Shown here piece after piece: positions 27,570 through 36,667 of a DNA stretch of 47,776 bases. Source of the DNA: Candidatus Undinarchaeales archaeon SRR5007147.bin71 (GTDB taxonomy: Archaea; Undinarchaeota; Undinarchaeia; Undinarchaeales; Undinarchaeaceae); assembly GCA_014189675.1 (NCBI GenBank), contig DVAE01000001.1, forward strand, positions 1 through 47,776. Reading direction: 5' to 3'. The first letter of the stretch is position 1. Every line of letters starts with the position of its first letter. Made by a program: the position numbers and the translations under genes. Under the pieces are notes generated by a model. That model worked only from the letters and a program-made list of their open reading frames with translations. It was not told where the DNA came from and did not search any database.

Positions 27570-28733
27570 ATGATTGATCTCTTGGTAAGCGTTATAATTT
27601 TGCTTTTTCTGGCAAGGCTTTGCGGCGCTCTTGCTGAAATTCTTGGTCTTAGTGCAATAGTTGGGGAGGTATTTGCAGGAGTTTCTGTTGGTTCCACACT
27701 CTTCCCTCAGCTCACATATTTTTTTACTGAATCAGTTCTTCTAGAGGGAATGGCAGATATAGGAATTATTTTTCTTATTTTTTTAGTTGGTCTAAAAATA
27801 AATCTTAAATCCTTTGAGAAATTTCTTAGAGCTGGTGCAATTATAGCTATGTTTGGGGCCTTTATACCTTTCTTTGCAGGAACTTATCTGGGTTTTGCAT
27901 ATTTTTCATGGAATCCTGTGCAATCATTGTTTTTAGGTGGAATAATGATGGCCTCCAGTATGGCAATCGCAGGCAGGATGCTGTATGATTGCCGGCTTCT
28001 GAATAAAAGAGTGGGGACTTTGGCTATTGATGCTGTTCTGGTGGGAGAGCTTCTGTCCCTCTTGATGCTCATATTCCTTGTCCAGCTTGTAAACACTTCT
28101 ACTTTTAGTTTGCAGAATCTTGCAAAATCAACAGTTTATGTCGCAGTGTTTTTTGCATCAGTAATTCTCTTAGGGAAATATATCAGCAGATACATAGAAA
28201 TCCTCGGAAGATTCCTTAACTTGCGTGTTAAGGAAGGACTCCTTTCGATGGTGATTATACTTATATTTACATTATCCTTAATTGCTGAAGCAATAGGTGT
28301 TTCCATGGTTATAGGTGCTTTTCTTGCAGGTCTGGTTTTGCATGAGAGACATCTGAAAAAAATAGAGCATGAAATCTACAGTATGGCGTATGGTCTGTTT
28401 ATCCCCTTATTTTTCGCTCTCCTTGGGGTCTATGTTAATCTTTTTGAGATGATAGCCCTGTGGCCTCTTTTGCTTAGTATATTTTCTGTTGCAGTTATAT
28501 CAAGATTGTTTAGTGCATACTTAGGTGCAAGAGTTTCTGGGATGAACAGCAAGAATTCTCTTATTGTATCTCTTGCAATGACTCCACGTGCTGAAGTGGC
28601 TTTCATAATATCCAGTGTTGCACTTCTTAATGGTGTCTTCAGCAGTTCTATTTATTCTGCTGTAATTGGAGCCTTGATTCTTAGTATTGTTGTTGTTCCG
28701 CCTGTTTTTAGGAGAGTTGTCTGGACAAAATGA
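27570..28733 (+). CDS. Cation:proton antiporter (CPA2 / Kef-NapA-like Na+/H+ exchanger family)
   Basis: 387 aa with about 12 TM segments. The N-terminus ARLCGALAEILGLSAIVGEVFAGV is typical of the Na_H_Exchanger family. A TTATAAAAA element sits 25 nt upstream. Confidence 0.8.
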   Translation: MIDLLVSVIILLFLARLCGALAEILGLSAIVGEVFAGVSVGSTLFPQLTYFFTESVLLEGMADIGIIFLIFLVGLKINLKSFEKFLRAGAIIAMFGAFIPFFAGTYLGFAYFSWNPVQSLFLGGIMMASSMAIAGRMLYDCRLLNKRVGTLAIDAVLVGELLSLLMLIFLVQLVNTSTFSLQNLAKSTVYVAVFFASVILLGKYISRYIEILGRFLNLRVKEGLLSMVIILIFTLSLIAEAIGVSMVIGAFLAGLVLHERHLKKIEHEIYSMAYGLFIPLFFALLGVYVNLFEMIALWPLLLSIFSVAVISRLFSAYLGARVSGMNSKNSLIVSLAMTPRAEVAFIISSVALLNGVFSSSIYSAVIGALILSIVVVPPVFRRVVWTK

Positions 28734-29665
28734 TTGCAGCTTTCCCTTTAGAAAGTATGGGTGTTTTTATTATATCTATTGCAATTTTGTTGAAAGGGGC
28801 ATCTGTGTTTACACGAAGGTCTGTGTATATAGCAAGACAAATTGGGGTATCTGAATTTGCAATAGGTCTTACACTCGTTGCATTTTCAACTTCTCTTCCT
28901 GAGCTGGCTATATCTCTGACTGCATCTTTGTCCGGGTCTGACGGAATAGCTATTGGCAACATAATTGGCTCAAATATAGCAAATATTGGTCTTATAGTAG
29001 GTATTGCTGCTATTTTTATGCCTCTTGTGCTTAAGAAAGAAGACTTTAAACAGGTGCTTTTAATGATAGCAGTTCTCTTTCTTGGTTCAATTTTCATGTA
29101 CAATGGACTGTCACGAATAGAAGGCCTCATATTGGTTTCAATTCTTATTGCCTATGTAATAAATGCACTTAAGCAGGGAAAAGTTGGAACAGCAAAAGCT
29201 TCAAAAGGCCAATCTCTGTCCTCAAATCTATTCTTCGCGCTTGTTGGAGCTGGAGCAGTCGTCGTAGGAGGTAAATTTGTTGTTGATTCTGCAGTAGTAA
29301 TTGCTAGGTGGGCAGGGATATCTGAAGTACTCATAGGAATCACCATAATTGCAATAGGGACTTCTCTTCCTGAACTTGTTACATCTCTTATTGCGGCAAA
29401 AAATAATATGCCAGGAATGGCTATTGGTAATATTATAGGAAGTAATATCTTCAATATTGCAGCAGTTCTGGGACTAACTTCGTTGATATCTCCGATATCA
29501 GTATCTCTTGATGTATTTCTCTTCGATATACCAGCAATGATGCTCTTCTCCATCATTTTAGCTTCATTCATGTATTTTGGAGCCAATAGAATTAGTAAAA
29601 AAAGTGGAATTTATCTTCTAACGCTTTATGTAATATATTTGGGGGCCCATGTATTCTTCTTCTGA
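28730..29665 (+). CDS. Ca2+/cation antiporter (CaCA, YrbG/NCX_Mj-like)
   Basis: Two alpha-repeats are present: TSLPELAISLTAS...GNIIGSNIANIG and TSLPELVTSLIAA...GNIIGSNIFNI. Confidence 0.88.
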   Translation: MIAAFPLESMGVFIISIAILLKGASVFTRRSVYIARQIGVSEFAIGLTLVAFSTSLPELAISLTASLSGSDGIAIGNIIGSNIANIGLIVGIAAIFMPLVLKKEDFKQVLLMIAVLFLGSIFMYNGLSRIEGLILVSILIAYVINALKQGKVGTAKASKGQSLSSNLFFALVGAGAVVVGGKFVVDSAVVIARWAGISEVLIGITIIAIGTSLPELVTSLIAAKNNMPGMAIGNIIGSNIFNIAAVLGLTSLISPISVSLDVFLFDIPAMMLFSIILASFMYFGANRISKKSGIYLLTLYVIYLGAHVFFF

Positions 29666-29713
29666 CAGAAAATCCTTAAATATAAGAACCTTTAACTCAA
29701 TTTATTCTTTAAT

Positions 29714-30154
29714 ATGACAACAAGTTCTGTAATAGCAACACGATTAAAACAAGGAGATCTCTTTCTTCTAGATGGTCAGGGGGATGAAATCTTTAAAGTA
29801 AAAAAACTAAGTACTTCTTCTCCTGGTAAACATGGCCATGCCAAAGTTCGTATAATGTATGTTAATTTTTTCACAGGCTCGGGAGGAGAAGTAACATATA
29901 GCGGTCACAAAGAGATTGATAAACCTGTTATTGAAAAAGAAAGATCCCAAATAATTTCAATTACACCTGGGAAGATCTCAAATGACCCTAATGTCCCTCC
30001 TGTTCCTGCGGAGCTTCAGCTTATGCATCTGGAAACTTTTGAGACTTACGAACTTCCTTGCCCTAGTGGAATTCCAGAGCCGGATTTGGAAGTTGGTAAA
30101 GAGGTTGAAGTCCGAAAATTTGAAAGCAAGAAGTGGATTGAGAAGATCATCTAA
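29714..30154 (+). CDS. eif5a: Translation initiation factor 5A (aIF5A)
   Basis: The hypusination loop is STSSPGKHGHAKVRI. There is a C-terminal OB-like domain. Confidence 0.9.
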   Translation: MTTSSVIATRLKQGDLFLLDGQGDEIFKVKKLSTSSPGKHGHAKVRIMYVNFFTGSGGEVTYSGHKEIDKPVIEKERSQIISITPGKISNDPNVPPVPAELQLMHLETFETYELPCPSGIPEPDLEVGKEVEVRKFESKKWIEKII

Positions 30155-30159
30155 TTTCG

Positions 30160-31041
30160 ATGGACTTTTATTTGAATAAATTTTGCAGACTATCTGGGGC
30201 AAGAAATTCTGTCAAGGATAGCAAGGTAATTTTTCTTGGAGTACCTTATGATTGGTCAACTATAGATAGGCCAGGTTCCCGATATGGTCCTTTGCATATA
30301 CGAAAATCTTTTGAGCAGTTCCTAGGTTATGATTCGACGAGTGAGAAGGACCTCTATGAAAGTCTCCTCCCTTGTGATTTAGGTGATATTGCAGTAGTTC
30401 CTGGAGATTACACTGAGACTCATAAAAGGACTGAAGAAACACTTGGAAAAATTCTCTCTGAGAATAGCAAAGCCTTCCTGGTGGGGTTGGGAGGAGAGCA
30501 TTCAATTAGCTATTCCTTCCTCAAATCTCTCAGGAAAGTGAATGAGGACTTTGCAGTTGTCAGTTTTGACGCACATCCTGACTTAAAAGAAGACTACATG
30601 GGGAATAAAGAGACTAATGTAACTTATCTCAGGAGGGTTTGTGACTTTGTAGAGCCTTCTTCTATAACTCTTGTTGGAATCCGTGATGCAGACCGTGATG
30701 AGATGGACTATGTAAACAAGAATAATATTAATCTTTTTCATGGGAAATCTATAAAAGAAGACTTGGAAGCTTCACTTTCGGCCTTCAAAAAGGCAATAAG
30801 GGGGAAGAAACTTTATGTCACAATAGATATTGATGTTCTTGACACAGCTATAGCTCCAGGTACTTCAAGTCCCTCCCCTGGTGGTTTGAGCATGGATGAA
30901 ATAAAGGCATTTCTTGATATATGTATCCCGCAGGCTATTGGAATGGATATAGTTGAAGTTTCACCTCCTTTTGATGTAGGTGAAACGACAAGTTTTACTG
31001 CTGCGAAACTTATTTATTATGCACTGAGTTTAAAAGCATGA
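30160..31041 (+). CDS. speB: Agmatinase (arginase/ureohydrolase family)
   Basis: The Mn-binding motifs are GGEHSISY, SFDAHPD and TIDIDVLDTAIAPGTSSPSPGG. Adjacency to aIF5A is common in archaea. Confidence 0.85.
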   Translation: MDFYLNKFCRLSGARNSVKDSKVIFLGVPYDWSTIDRPGSRYGPLHIRKSFEQFLGYDSTSEKDLYESLLPCDLGDIAVVPGDYTETHKRTEETLGKILSENSKAFLVGLGGEHSISYSFLKSLRKVNEDFAVVSFDAHPDLKEDYMGNKETNVTYLRRVCDFVEPSSITLVGIRDADRDEMDYVNKNNINLFHGKSIKEDLEASLSAFKKAIRGKKLYVTIDIDVLDTAIAPGTSSPSPGGLSMDEIKAFLDICIPQAIGMDIVEVSPPFDVGETTSFTAAKLIYYALSLKA

Positions 31042-31042
31042 T

Positions 31043-31189
31043 ATGGCTATAGAAACTTCTCTTCTTTTGCTGGTAATTCTCATAGTCATTGGCTTCATTG
31101 TGTACAGAATGGTCAGGGGAATTTGGACTGTTCTCCTGTGGGTTCTCATAGCTGGAGGGGTATTGTTCGTAGTATATTACCTATTATAA
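31043..31189 (+). CDS. 48-aa two-TM micro-protein (candidate)
   Basis: Hand-translated: MAIETSLLLLVILIVIGFIVYRMVRGIWTVLLWVLIAGGVLFVVYYLL*. It fills the gap between speB and the next gene exactly. It is below the ORF-track cutoff. Confidence 0.35.
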   Translation: MAIETSLLLLVILIVIGFIVYRMVRGIWTVLLWVLIAGGVLFVVYYLL

Positions 31190-31190
31190 G

Positions 31191-31946
31191 ATGGTACTTG
31201 AATCATTATTTACTGTGGAAGAAGCCAAACAGGACCCTTCTAATCTCTTTCTTCTTGGAGTAGTAATATCTACAGTTGCACTTTGGCTGTCATTTTATAT
31301 ATTTCCACAGGGAGCCAGCACATGGATGCTTTTTATTATAACTCTAGCAATTGTGCCTCTTATGCACAAGGCTTTCATGGGGGAGGAGGCACGGGATATG
31401 GCTCACAGCAAGAAACTATTGAGAGGTCACCTTCCAATCATAAAAATGTATCTCTACCTATTTTTAGGAATCTTTGTATCTCTTTTATTCTGGTATATTT
31501 TTCTGCCTACTCATTTACTTGAGATAATCTTTTCTGTTCAAATGAATGTTGCAAGCACAATTCTCACAGACGGTGCAATTCTCATAATGAGTCTAAAGGT
31601 TCTTACTTTGTTCATGCTTCTAACTTTTATATATGGGGCAGGCGGTATTCTTATACTTGCATGGGATGCAGCCCTGACTTCAGTGATTGTTGGGAACCTT
31701 CTTAAGCATGTTCTTCTTGGAAGCTATGTTCCTGGAATGGCCGCAATTTTGCTTCCTGCTGTATTTCAAATTATAGCTTACTCAATAGCAGCAGTTGCTG
31801 CAGGAATATTGTCGGTTGCTTTTTACAAAGGTCATTTGAAAGGAAAGTTAGCAAAATATATACTGATTGATTTTACAGTCCTCAGTTTAGTCGCTCTAGT
31901 TATGCTTGCAGTAGGGGCACTAATTGCACAAGGAGTTGTAGCATAG
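31191..31946 (+). CDS. SpoIIM/DUF95-like membrane protein, paralog 1
   Basis: Polytopic, and similar in its N-terminal segment and topology to the next ORF. It contains GAGGILILAWDAAL (compare GAGAILLLTWNAAV in paralog 2). Confidence 0.5.
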   Translation: MVLESLFTVEEAKQDPSNLFLLGVVISTVALWLSFYIFPQGASTWMLFIITLAIVPLMHKAFMGEEARDMAHSKKLLRGHLPIIKMYLYLFLGIFVSLLFWYIFLPTHLLEIIFSVQMNVASTILTDGAILIMSLKVLTLFMLLTFIYGAGGILILAWDAALTSVIVGNLLKHVLLGSYVPGMAAILLPAVFQIIAYSIAAVAAGILSVAFYKGHLKGKLAKYILIDFTVLSLVALVMLAVGALIAQGVVA

Positions 31947-32879
31947 ATGGTTCTAGAGATGATTATGAAGCCGGAATATGCACAAAAAAGTCCAATTAAA
32001 ACTCTACTTCTTGGCTTTGGTGTATCGTCTCTTGCTTTATGGATTTCATATCTAGCTACTCTGTGGCTACCAAGCTATATTTTCCCTGAACATGCGAATT
32101 CCTGGTTCTTGTTTCTAACAGCCGTGGCTCTTATACCTTTTCTTAATAAAATATATTTGATTGAGGAAAGAGAAGCTGAACGAATTTATGAAAAAAATAT
32201 ATTAAGGCGTCACGAGGACCTTCTCTTTATTTACATATTTCTTTTCCTTGGCATGATTCTTTCATTCTCATTTTGGTTTACAATACTTCCATTAAAAATT
32301 TCTCAGATAGTATTCTCAGGTCAAGTTGCGGAGATTTACAGAATCCAAGGTCTTAAAACAAGCTTGTCAGGAGCTCTTATAGCTACTGGAGCAGGGGCTA
32401 TTACAGGAAATATTTTAGCAAAAATAACTGGATATGCAACCTCAAGAGTAGCGTTTTTGAAGCTTATAATGTTCAATAATGTGAGGCTTCTCTTACTTTT
32501 CATGGTCTTTTCCTTTGTATTTGGAGCAGGAGCAATCTTACTTCTTACTTGGAATGCTGCAGTTGTCGGCGTTGCCATGGGCTTCATAATTAGGGACAGT
32601 ATACTTGTGTCTGCTAACGTTCTTCTAAAAAGCGCCTTCTATCTAAAAGAACTTCCATTTAGTTTTATGTCATTTTTCCTTCACGGTATTTTTGAGATAG
32701 TTGGATATTTTGCTGGTGCGATTTCCGGAGGAATTTTTTCAGTTGCAATACTCAGAGGTATGCATAAGACCAAACATTTCAAAACTATACTAAAGGACGT
32801 TATATTTTTCCTAGTTCTGGCTCTTGCTCTTGTCGGCATTGGGGCTGTTCTGGAGGTCTATGTAACTCCTCTTCTCTGA
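31947..32879 (+). CDS. SpoIIM/DUF95-like membrane protein, paralog 2
   Basis: FNNVRLLLLFMVFSFVFGAGAILLLTWNAAVVGV and HGIFEIVGYF resemble the stage II sporulation protein M family. Confidence 0.55.
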   Translation: MVLEMIMKPEYAQKSPIKTLLLGFGVSSLALWISYLATLWLPSYIFPEHANSWFLFLTAVALIPFLNKIYLIEEREAERIYEKNILRRHEDLLFIYIFLFLGMILSFSFWFTILPLKISQIVFSGQVAEIYRIQGLKTSLSGALIATGAGAITGNILAKITGYATSRVAFLKLIMFNNVRLLLLFMVFSFVFGAGAILLLTWNAAVVGVAMGFIIRDSILVSANVLLKSAFYLKELPFSFMSFFLHGIFEIVGYFAGAISGGIFSVAILRGMHKTKHFKTILKDVIFFLVLALALVGIGAVLEVYVTPLL

Positions 32880-33364
32880 TGACAACATATGTTCTGGATG
32901 CCTCTGCAATTCAAAGCGGTTTTGAAGCCCTCGGATTTGCCGAAGATTTATTTTCAACACCGAGTGTTATTGAAGAAGTCCGAAACAAAGTTCTTGCATA
33001 CAATTTGAGCCTTGCAGTTTCTCTGGATAAAATAAAATTGGAAATTCCTGCTGAAAACTACATAAATCATGTTTCTGAAACCGCAAGGGAGAGCGGGGAC
33101 AGACTATCTGATAATGATGTTGGTTTAATTGCTCTTGCCCTTAAGAGAAAGTCTGAGGGTCGTGTCAGGATTGTTACGGACGATTACGGAATTCAAAATG
33201 TGTCTTCAATTCTAGGAATAGACTTTCTTCCTATAAGTACTGAGGGAATAAGAGAAATAATAGAATGGCTTTACTATTGTCCAGCCTGTTTTAAAAAACA
33301 CAGCCCGCAAGTAGATATTTGTGATGTTTGCGGAACAAAAATAAAACGTAAAAAACGTGCCTAA
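32879..33364 (+). CDS. nob1: Nob1-like endonuclease (PIN domain + C-terminal zinc ribbon)
   Basis: YVLDASAI and IVTDDYGIQNV are PIN acidic motifs. The zinc ribbon is CPACFKKHSPQVDICDVCG. Confidence 0.8.
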   Translation: MTTYVLDASAIQSGFEALGFAEDLFSTPSVIEEVRNKVLAYNLSLAVSLDKIKLEIPAENYINHVSETARESGDRLSDNDVGLIALALKRKSEGRVRIVTDDYGIQNVSSILGIDFLPISTEGIREIIEWLYYCPACFKKHSPQVDICDVCGTKIKRKKRA

Positions 33365-34437
33365 AGTCGTTTGAATAAATCCTCAAGAATGTGTCTTTTT
33401 TCAATATAAAGCATCACTATTGCCTGAGCAAGTCCCAAAACAAGAGGACCAATAATTATTCCCTTGAAGCCCATCACAAAGGGTCCTCCAAAGAAACCAA
33501 GCAATATCAGTAGAGGGTGGATATCTGCATCTCTTCTCACAAGTTTTGGTCTTATATAGAAATCAGGAACTATTGTTAGCATAAGAGATCCATATATTAA
33601 AATCAGGATTCCCGGCATAGTTCCTCCTGGTAAAAGGGCCATATACCAAAGACCCATTGGAACATACATCAGCCAAGGACCTATCAGAGGTAGGAAGGAT
33701 ACAACAAACATCATTCCTACAAGGAAACCGAGTGTTATCAGAGGAGGTCTTAAAATAGCCCAGAAACCAACAGCTGCCAGGCCTGCTATAATTACAGATG
33801 TAAGTAAGTGACCTATGAAAAGTCCATAAAATATTTTGTCAATTGTTGACATAAGTTCATGGAGGAATTTTTCTCTTGTTGGAATGTGCTTCTTTATGAG
33901 TTCCATAAGTCTTGGACCCTCATAGAGGAAGTAGAAAGTTGCTACAAAGAACAATGCAAGACTTATCGAGGTCTCAAGGAACCATGTAGGCTGTGTCACT
34001 TGGGTCCACAAGGCGTCAGTTGCAGAACTTATAAGCCTCCCTAACTCTGAGCCCAGGCGTTCACTCACAACACCGAAGCCTGCAGAATCCAGACCACTTT
34101 TCAGTCCCTCAGTAAAACTACCTGACTGTATCATACCGAAGTTTTCAATCAGCCACTGAAGAATAACATTCAGGCTGTATATCATAATATAGATTACCGG
34201 AAGTGCAACCAAAAGAACTGATGAAAGACAGGCAGTGAGATATTTTCTGCCGGCTTTTCTGTTTCCCCCGCTAAAATAACCAGCCAGAGGGTAAATAATG
34301 TAAGCCATTGCAAAGCTGACAAGAAGGAGCCCTATAAAATTCCACATAACCATCGCCGCTCCTCCCAGTATTGCCAAGAGAATAAAAATACCTACAAATC
34401 TCCATCTGTGTATTGCCATAAACATCAATAAGTACAT
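33361..34437 (-). CDS. AI-2E family (PerM/UPF0118) transporter
   Basis: Polytopic membrane protein with the conserved C-terminal half ...IGPWLMYVPMGLWY...PDFYIRPKLV...HPLLILLGFFGGPFVMGFKGIIIGP. The start is uncertain (34437, 34425 or 34419). The ORF-track start at 34503 would overlap the divergent gene. Confidence 0.78.
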   Translation of the reverse strand: MYLLMFMAIHRWRFVGIFILLAILGGAAMVMWNFIGLLLVSFAMAYIIYPLAGYFSGGNRKAGRKYLTACLSSVLLVALPVIYIMIYSLNVILQWLIENFGMIQSGSFTEGLKSGLDSAGFGVVSERLGSELGRLISSATDALWTQVTQPTWFLETSISLALFFVATFYFLYEGPRLMELIKKHIPTREKFLHELMSTIDKIFYGLFIGHLLTSVIIAGLAAVGFWAILRPPLITLGFLVGMMFVVSFLPLIGPWLMYVPMGLWYMALLPGGTMPGILILIYGSLMLTIVPDFYIRPKLVRRDADIHPLLILLGFFGGPFVMGFKGIIIGPLVLGLAQAIVMLYIEKRHILEDLFKRL

Positions 34438-34462
34438 ATATTTAAAAGCCTTTTTATTGTAC

Positions 34463-35473
34463 ATGCGAAGAGAGAAAACACTGTTTAGTGCTAAAACCAT
34501 CATTCCTCTTGTCCTAGTTATTGTAGCTGCCGTATTTCTCTTCTGGAATTTTTACACACCAGATGTACATAGGAATGATCTTGTACTAAGTATGACGGCA
34601 AACATTAGCTATTCAAACACAATCCCTATATTAGAAGATGGAGATTCTCCGCTTCCGGCAAATCTGTCAATTATAACGTATAATATACCCTCTGATTTTG
34701 AAGCTCAGACAGTTCTTTTGTCAGGAATTAGTGAGCCCTACTCATTCCATACAGATAAATTTGGGAACAGGTATAAGAAATTGATATTTCAAAATCCAGA
34801 ACTTGGGATTAACTCTTATGAATTGTGGGCAATCGTAGAAGTATTGCCAATAAGTTTTGAAATAGCACCCTCATCTGTCGGAAATGTCAATGAAGTTCTT
34901 TCTGAATATAAAGAAGCTAGCGAAATGGTTCAGAGCGATTCTTCTTCAATAATTTTGCTTGCAGAGGAAATAACAACACATGCAGAAACACAATTTGAGG
35001 AAGCAGTGGCTATCAATCACTGGGTTTATACTAATATAACTTATGATAGCGCGTACATAAACGTGACAAAGGATGCACTGTGGACCTATGAAAATAGAGT
35101 AGGTGTCTGCACAGAATACGCTCACCTAGCCAGCGCTCTTATGCGAGCTAGAGGAATCCCTGCCAGAATAGCATATGGAGCTGCACCATATGACTACCCA
35201 GACGGATGGCTGCCACATACATGGGTCGAAGCCTACTTTAATGGGACTTGGTATCCTTTTGACCCGACTTGGGACCTGTCAGGACGTCTGGATGCAACTC
35301 ACATAAAAATGGCATCTCTACCAGACCAATCTTATGTCTTCATAAATGTTACTTTAAGTGGAATAAATATCGATCTCGGAAGTCTTGAGCAGTCAGAGTT
35401 AAAAGTTGAAATTATGGATTCAAATGAAGAAAGCCCTAAACTTGACTGGGAAATCCTGAGGAAACTAGCCTGA
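34463..35473 (+). CDS. Membrane-anchored transglutaminase-like (cysteine protease fold) protein
   Basis: There is an N-terminal TM anchor. The core is GVCTEYAHLASALMRARGIPARIAYG...HTWVEAYFNGTWYPFDPT, giving the Cys-His-Asp triad. Confidence 0.78.
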   Translation: MRREKTLFSAKTIIPLVLVIVAAVFLFWNFYTPDVHRNDLVLSMTANISYSNTIPILEDGDSPLPANLSIITYNIPSDFEAQTVLLSGISEPYSFHTDKFGNRYKKLIFQNPELGINSYELWAIVEVLPISFEIAPSSVGNVNEVLSEYKEASEMVQSDSSSIILLAEEITTHAETQFEEAVAINHWVYTNITYDSAYINVTKDALWTYENRVGVCTEYAHLASALMRARGIPARIAYGAAPYDYPDGWLPHTWVEAYFNGTWYPFDPTWDLSGRLDATHIKMASLPDQSYVFINVTLSGINIDLGSLEQSELKVEIMDSNEESPKLDWEILRKLA

Positions 35474-36667
35474 TTATTTAGGTCTATATCTCAAAAAAGC
35501 TCCAATCCCTACACCCATACTGTAGAATTGAATTCCAAGTTGAGTAGAAGTTCCGATTATTTCCACTGAGCTACCCAGTGTATTGGCAAGTTCCGTCAAC
35601 TCATCAGCAATATCAATATTCTTTGTTTCAGGTTCTAGAGCCATTTCACATCTACTGCAACTTTTTACATCAACATACTCCTTTCCGCATTGCTCACATA
35701 CATATATTGATACTGGCTTGTCAAGTTTTTCAGAGATTAACAAGGTTTCAACAGCACCTTGCTGCAGAAGATCTTTTACATGAAGATATCCACTTGTTGC
35801 TAGTCCCTTCTTTTTTGATATTTCCTCAAAATACTTTTCAAGAAGTTTCTTCTCCTGAATTATCTCAGATTCTGCTATTATTTCATCTGACTTGTGTAGC
35901 ATTTCATCAATTCCGGATTTTCCCGTGTATCCTGTATCCACAACTCCAAGGATTTTTTTGGAAAGTTCTGGACGAAGATGGCCTGCGTCAAGAAAATCAT
36001 TTTTCGTCGGTCCAGGACCTCCGAGTACAATTCCCTTAAGATTTTCTATATTTCCGAGTTCTTTATTCGCAGCTTCTGATACTTTTTTATAGAAATCCTG
36101 TGCCATCCCCTCAATGACGCGCTCAAACCTCTGTGCAGACTGACCTCCTGCCCTAAATTTCCCGGGAACGAGAGAATCAAGAGAAGTTAGTATTTCAATT
36201 CTCTTCCCCTTGAGAGTCCCTATGTCTGCATCGCGTCTGTCTACAAGAATTATTCCATAAGTATCATGGTGCTCAAGTAGGTCAAGTAAAGGTTCTAAAA
36301 CAAATGTTTTTGAGCACCTGTAGAGGTTGATACTAAGTTTTTCAGGTGGGATTATTGTTTCAATAAGATAGTCTGTTTGACCTTCTCCTTCTGCCACATT
36401 TCCACAGAAAACTGCAAGACCATTATCTGGTGTTTTCTTGAACAATCTTAATTCCCCAATTATTTTTTCAAGGGAATTTGTCACGTGTTTTTTTGTTGCC
36501 TTGGACTTAATATTGGAGGCAGTTCCTATCTCTTCTGAAAGAAGTCCTACAGTCTTGTTTATGTCATAACCTGCAGAAATATAAACTGTAATGAACTCAG
36601 TGTGCCGTCCTCTAAGTGCGCCGAGATGCTTCAGCTTCTTTTTCATTTCAAAGTCTTCATGTGCCAT
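35474..36667 (-). CDS. prf1: Peptide chain release factor aRF1
   Basis: NIKS (TASNIKSK) and GGQ (RAGGQSAQRFER) motifs are present. The start MAHEDFEMKKKL overlaps the valS stop (TAATG). An upstream ATG at 36679 is an alternative. Confidence 0.9.
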   Translation of the reverse strand: MAHEDFEMKKKLKHLGALRGRHTEFITVYISAGYDINKTVGLLSEEIGTASNIKSKATKKHVTNSLEKIIGELRLFKKTPDNGLAVFCGNVAEGEGQTDYLIETIIPPEKLSINLYRCSKTFVLEPLLDLLEHHDTYGIILVDRRDADIGTLKGKRIEILTSLDSLVPGKFRAGGQSAQRFERVIEGMAQDFYKKVSEAANKELGNIENLKGIVLGGPGPTKNDFLDAGHLRPELSKKILGVVDTGYTGKSGIDEMLHKSDEIIAESEIIQEKKLLEKYFEEISKKKGLATSGYLHVKDLLQQGAVETLLISEKLDKPVSIYVCEQCGKEYVDVKSCSRCEMALEPETKNIDIADELTELANTLGSSVEIIGTSTQLGIQFYSMGVGIGAFLRYRPK

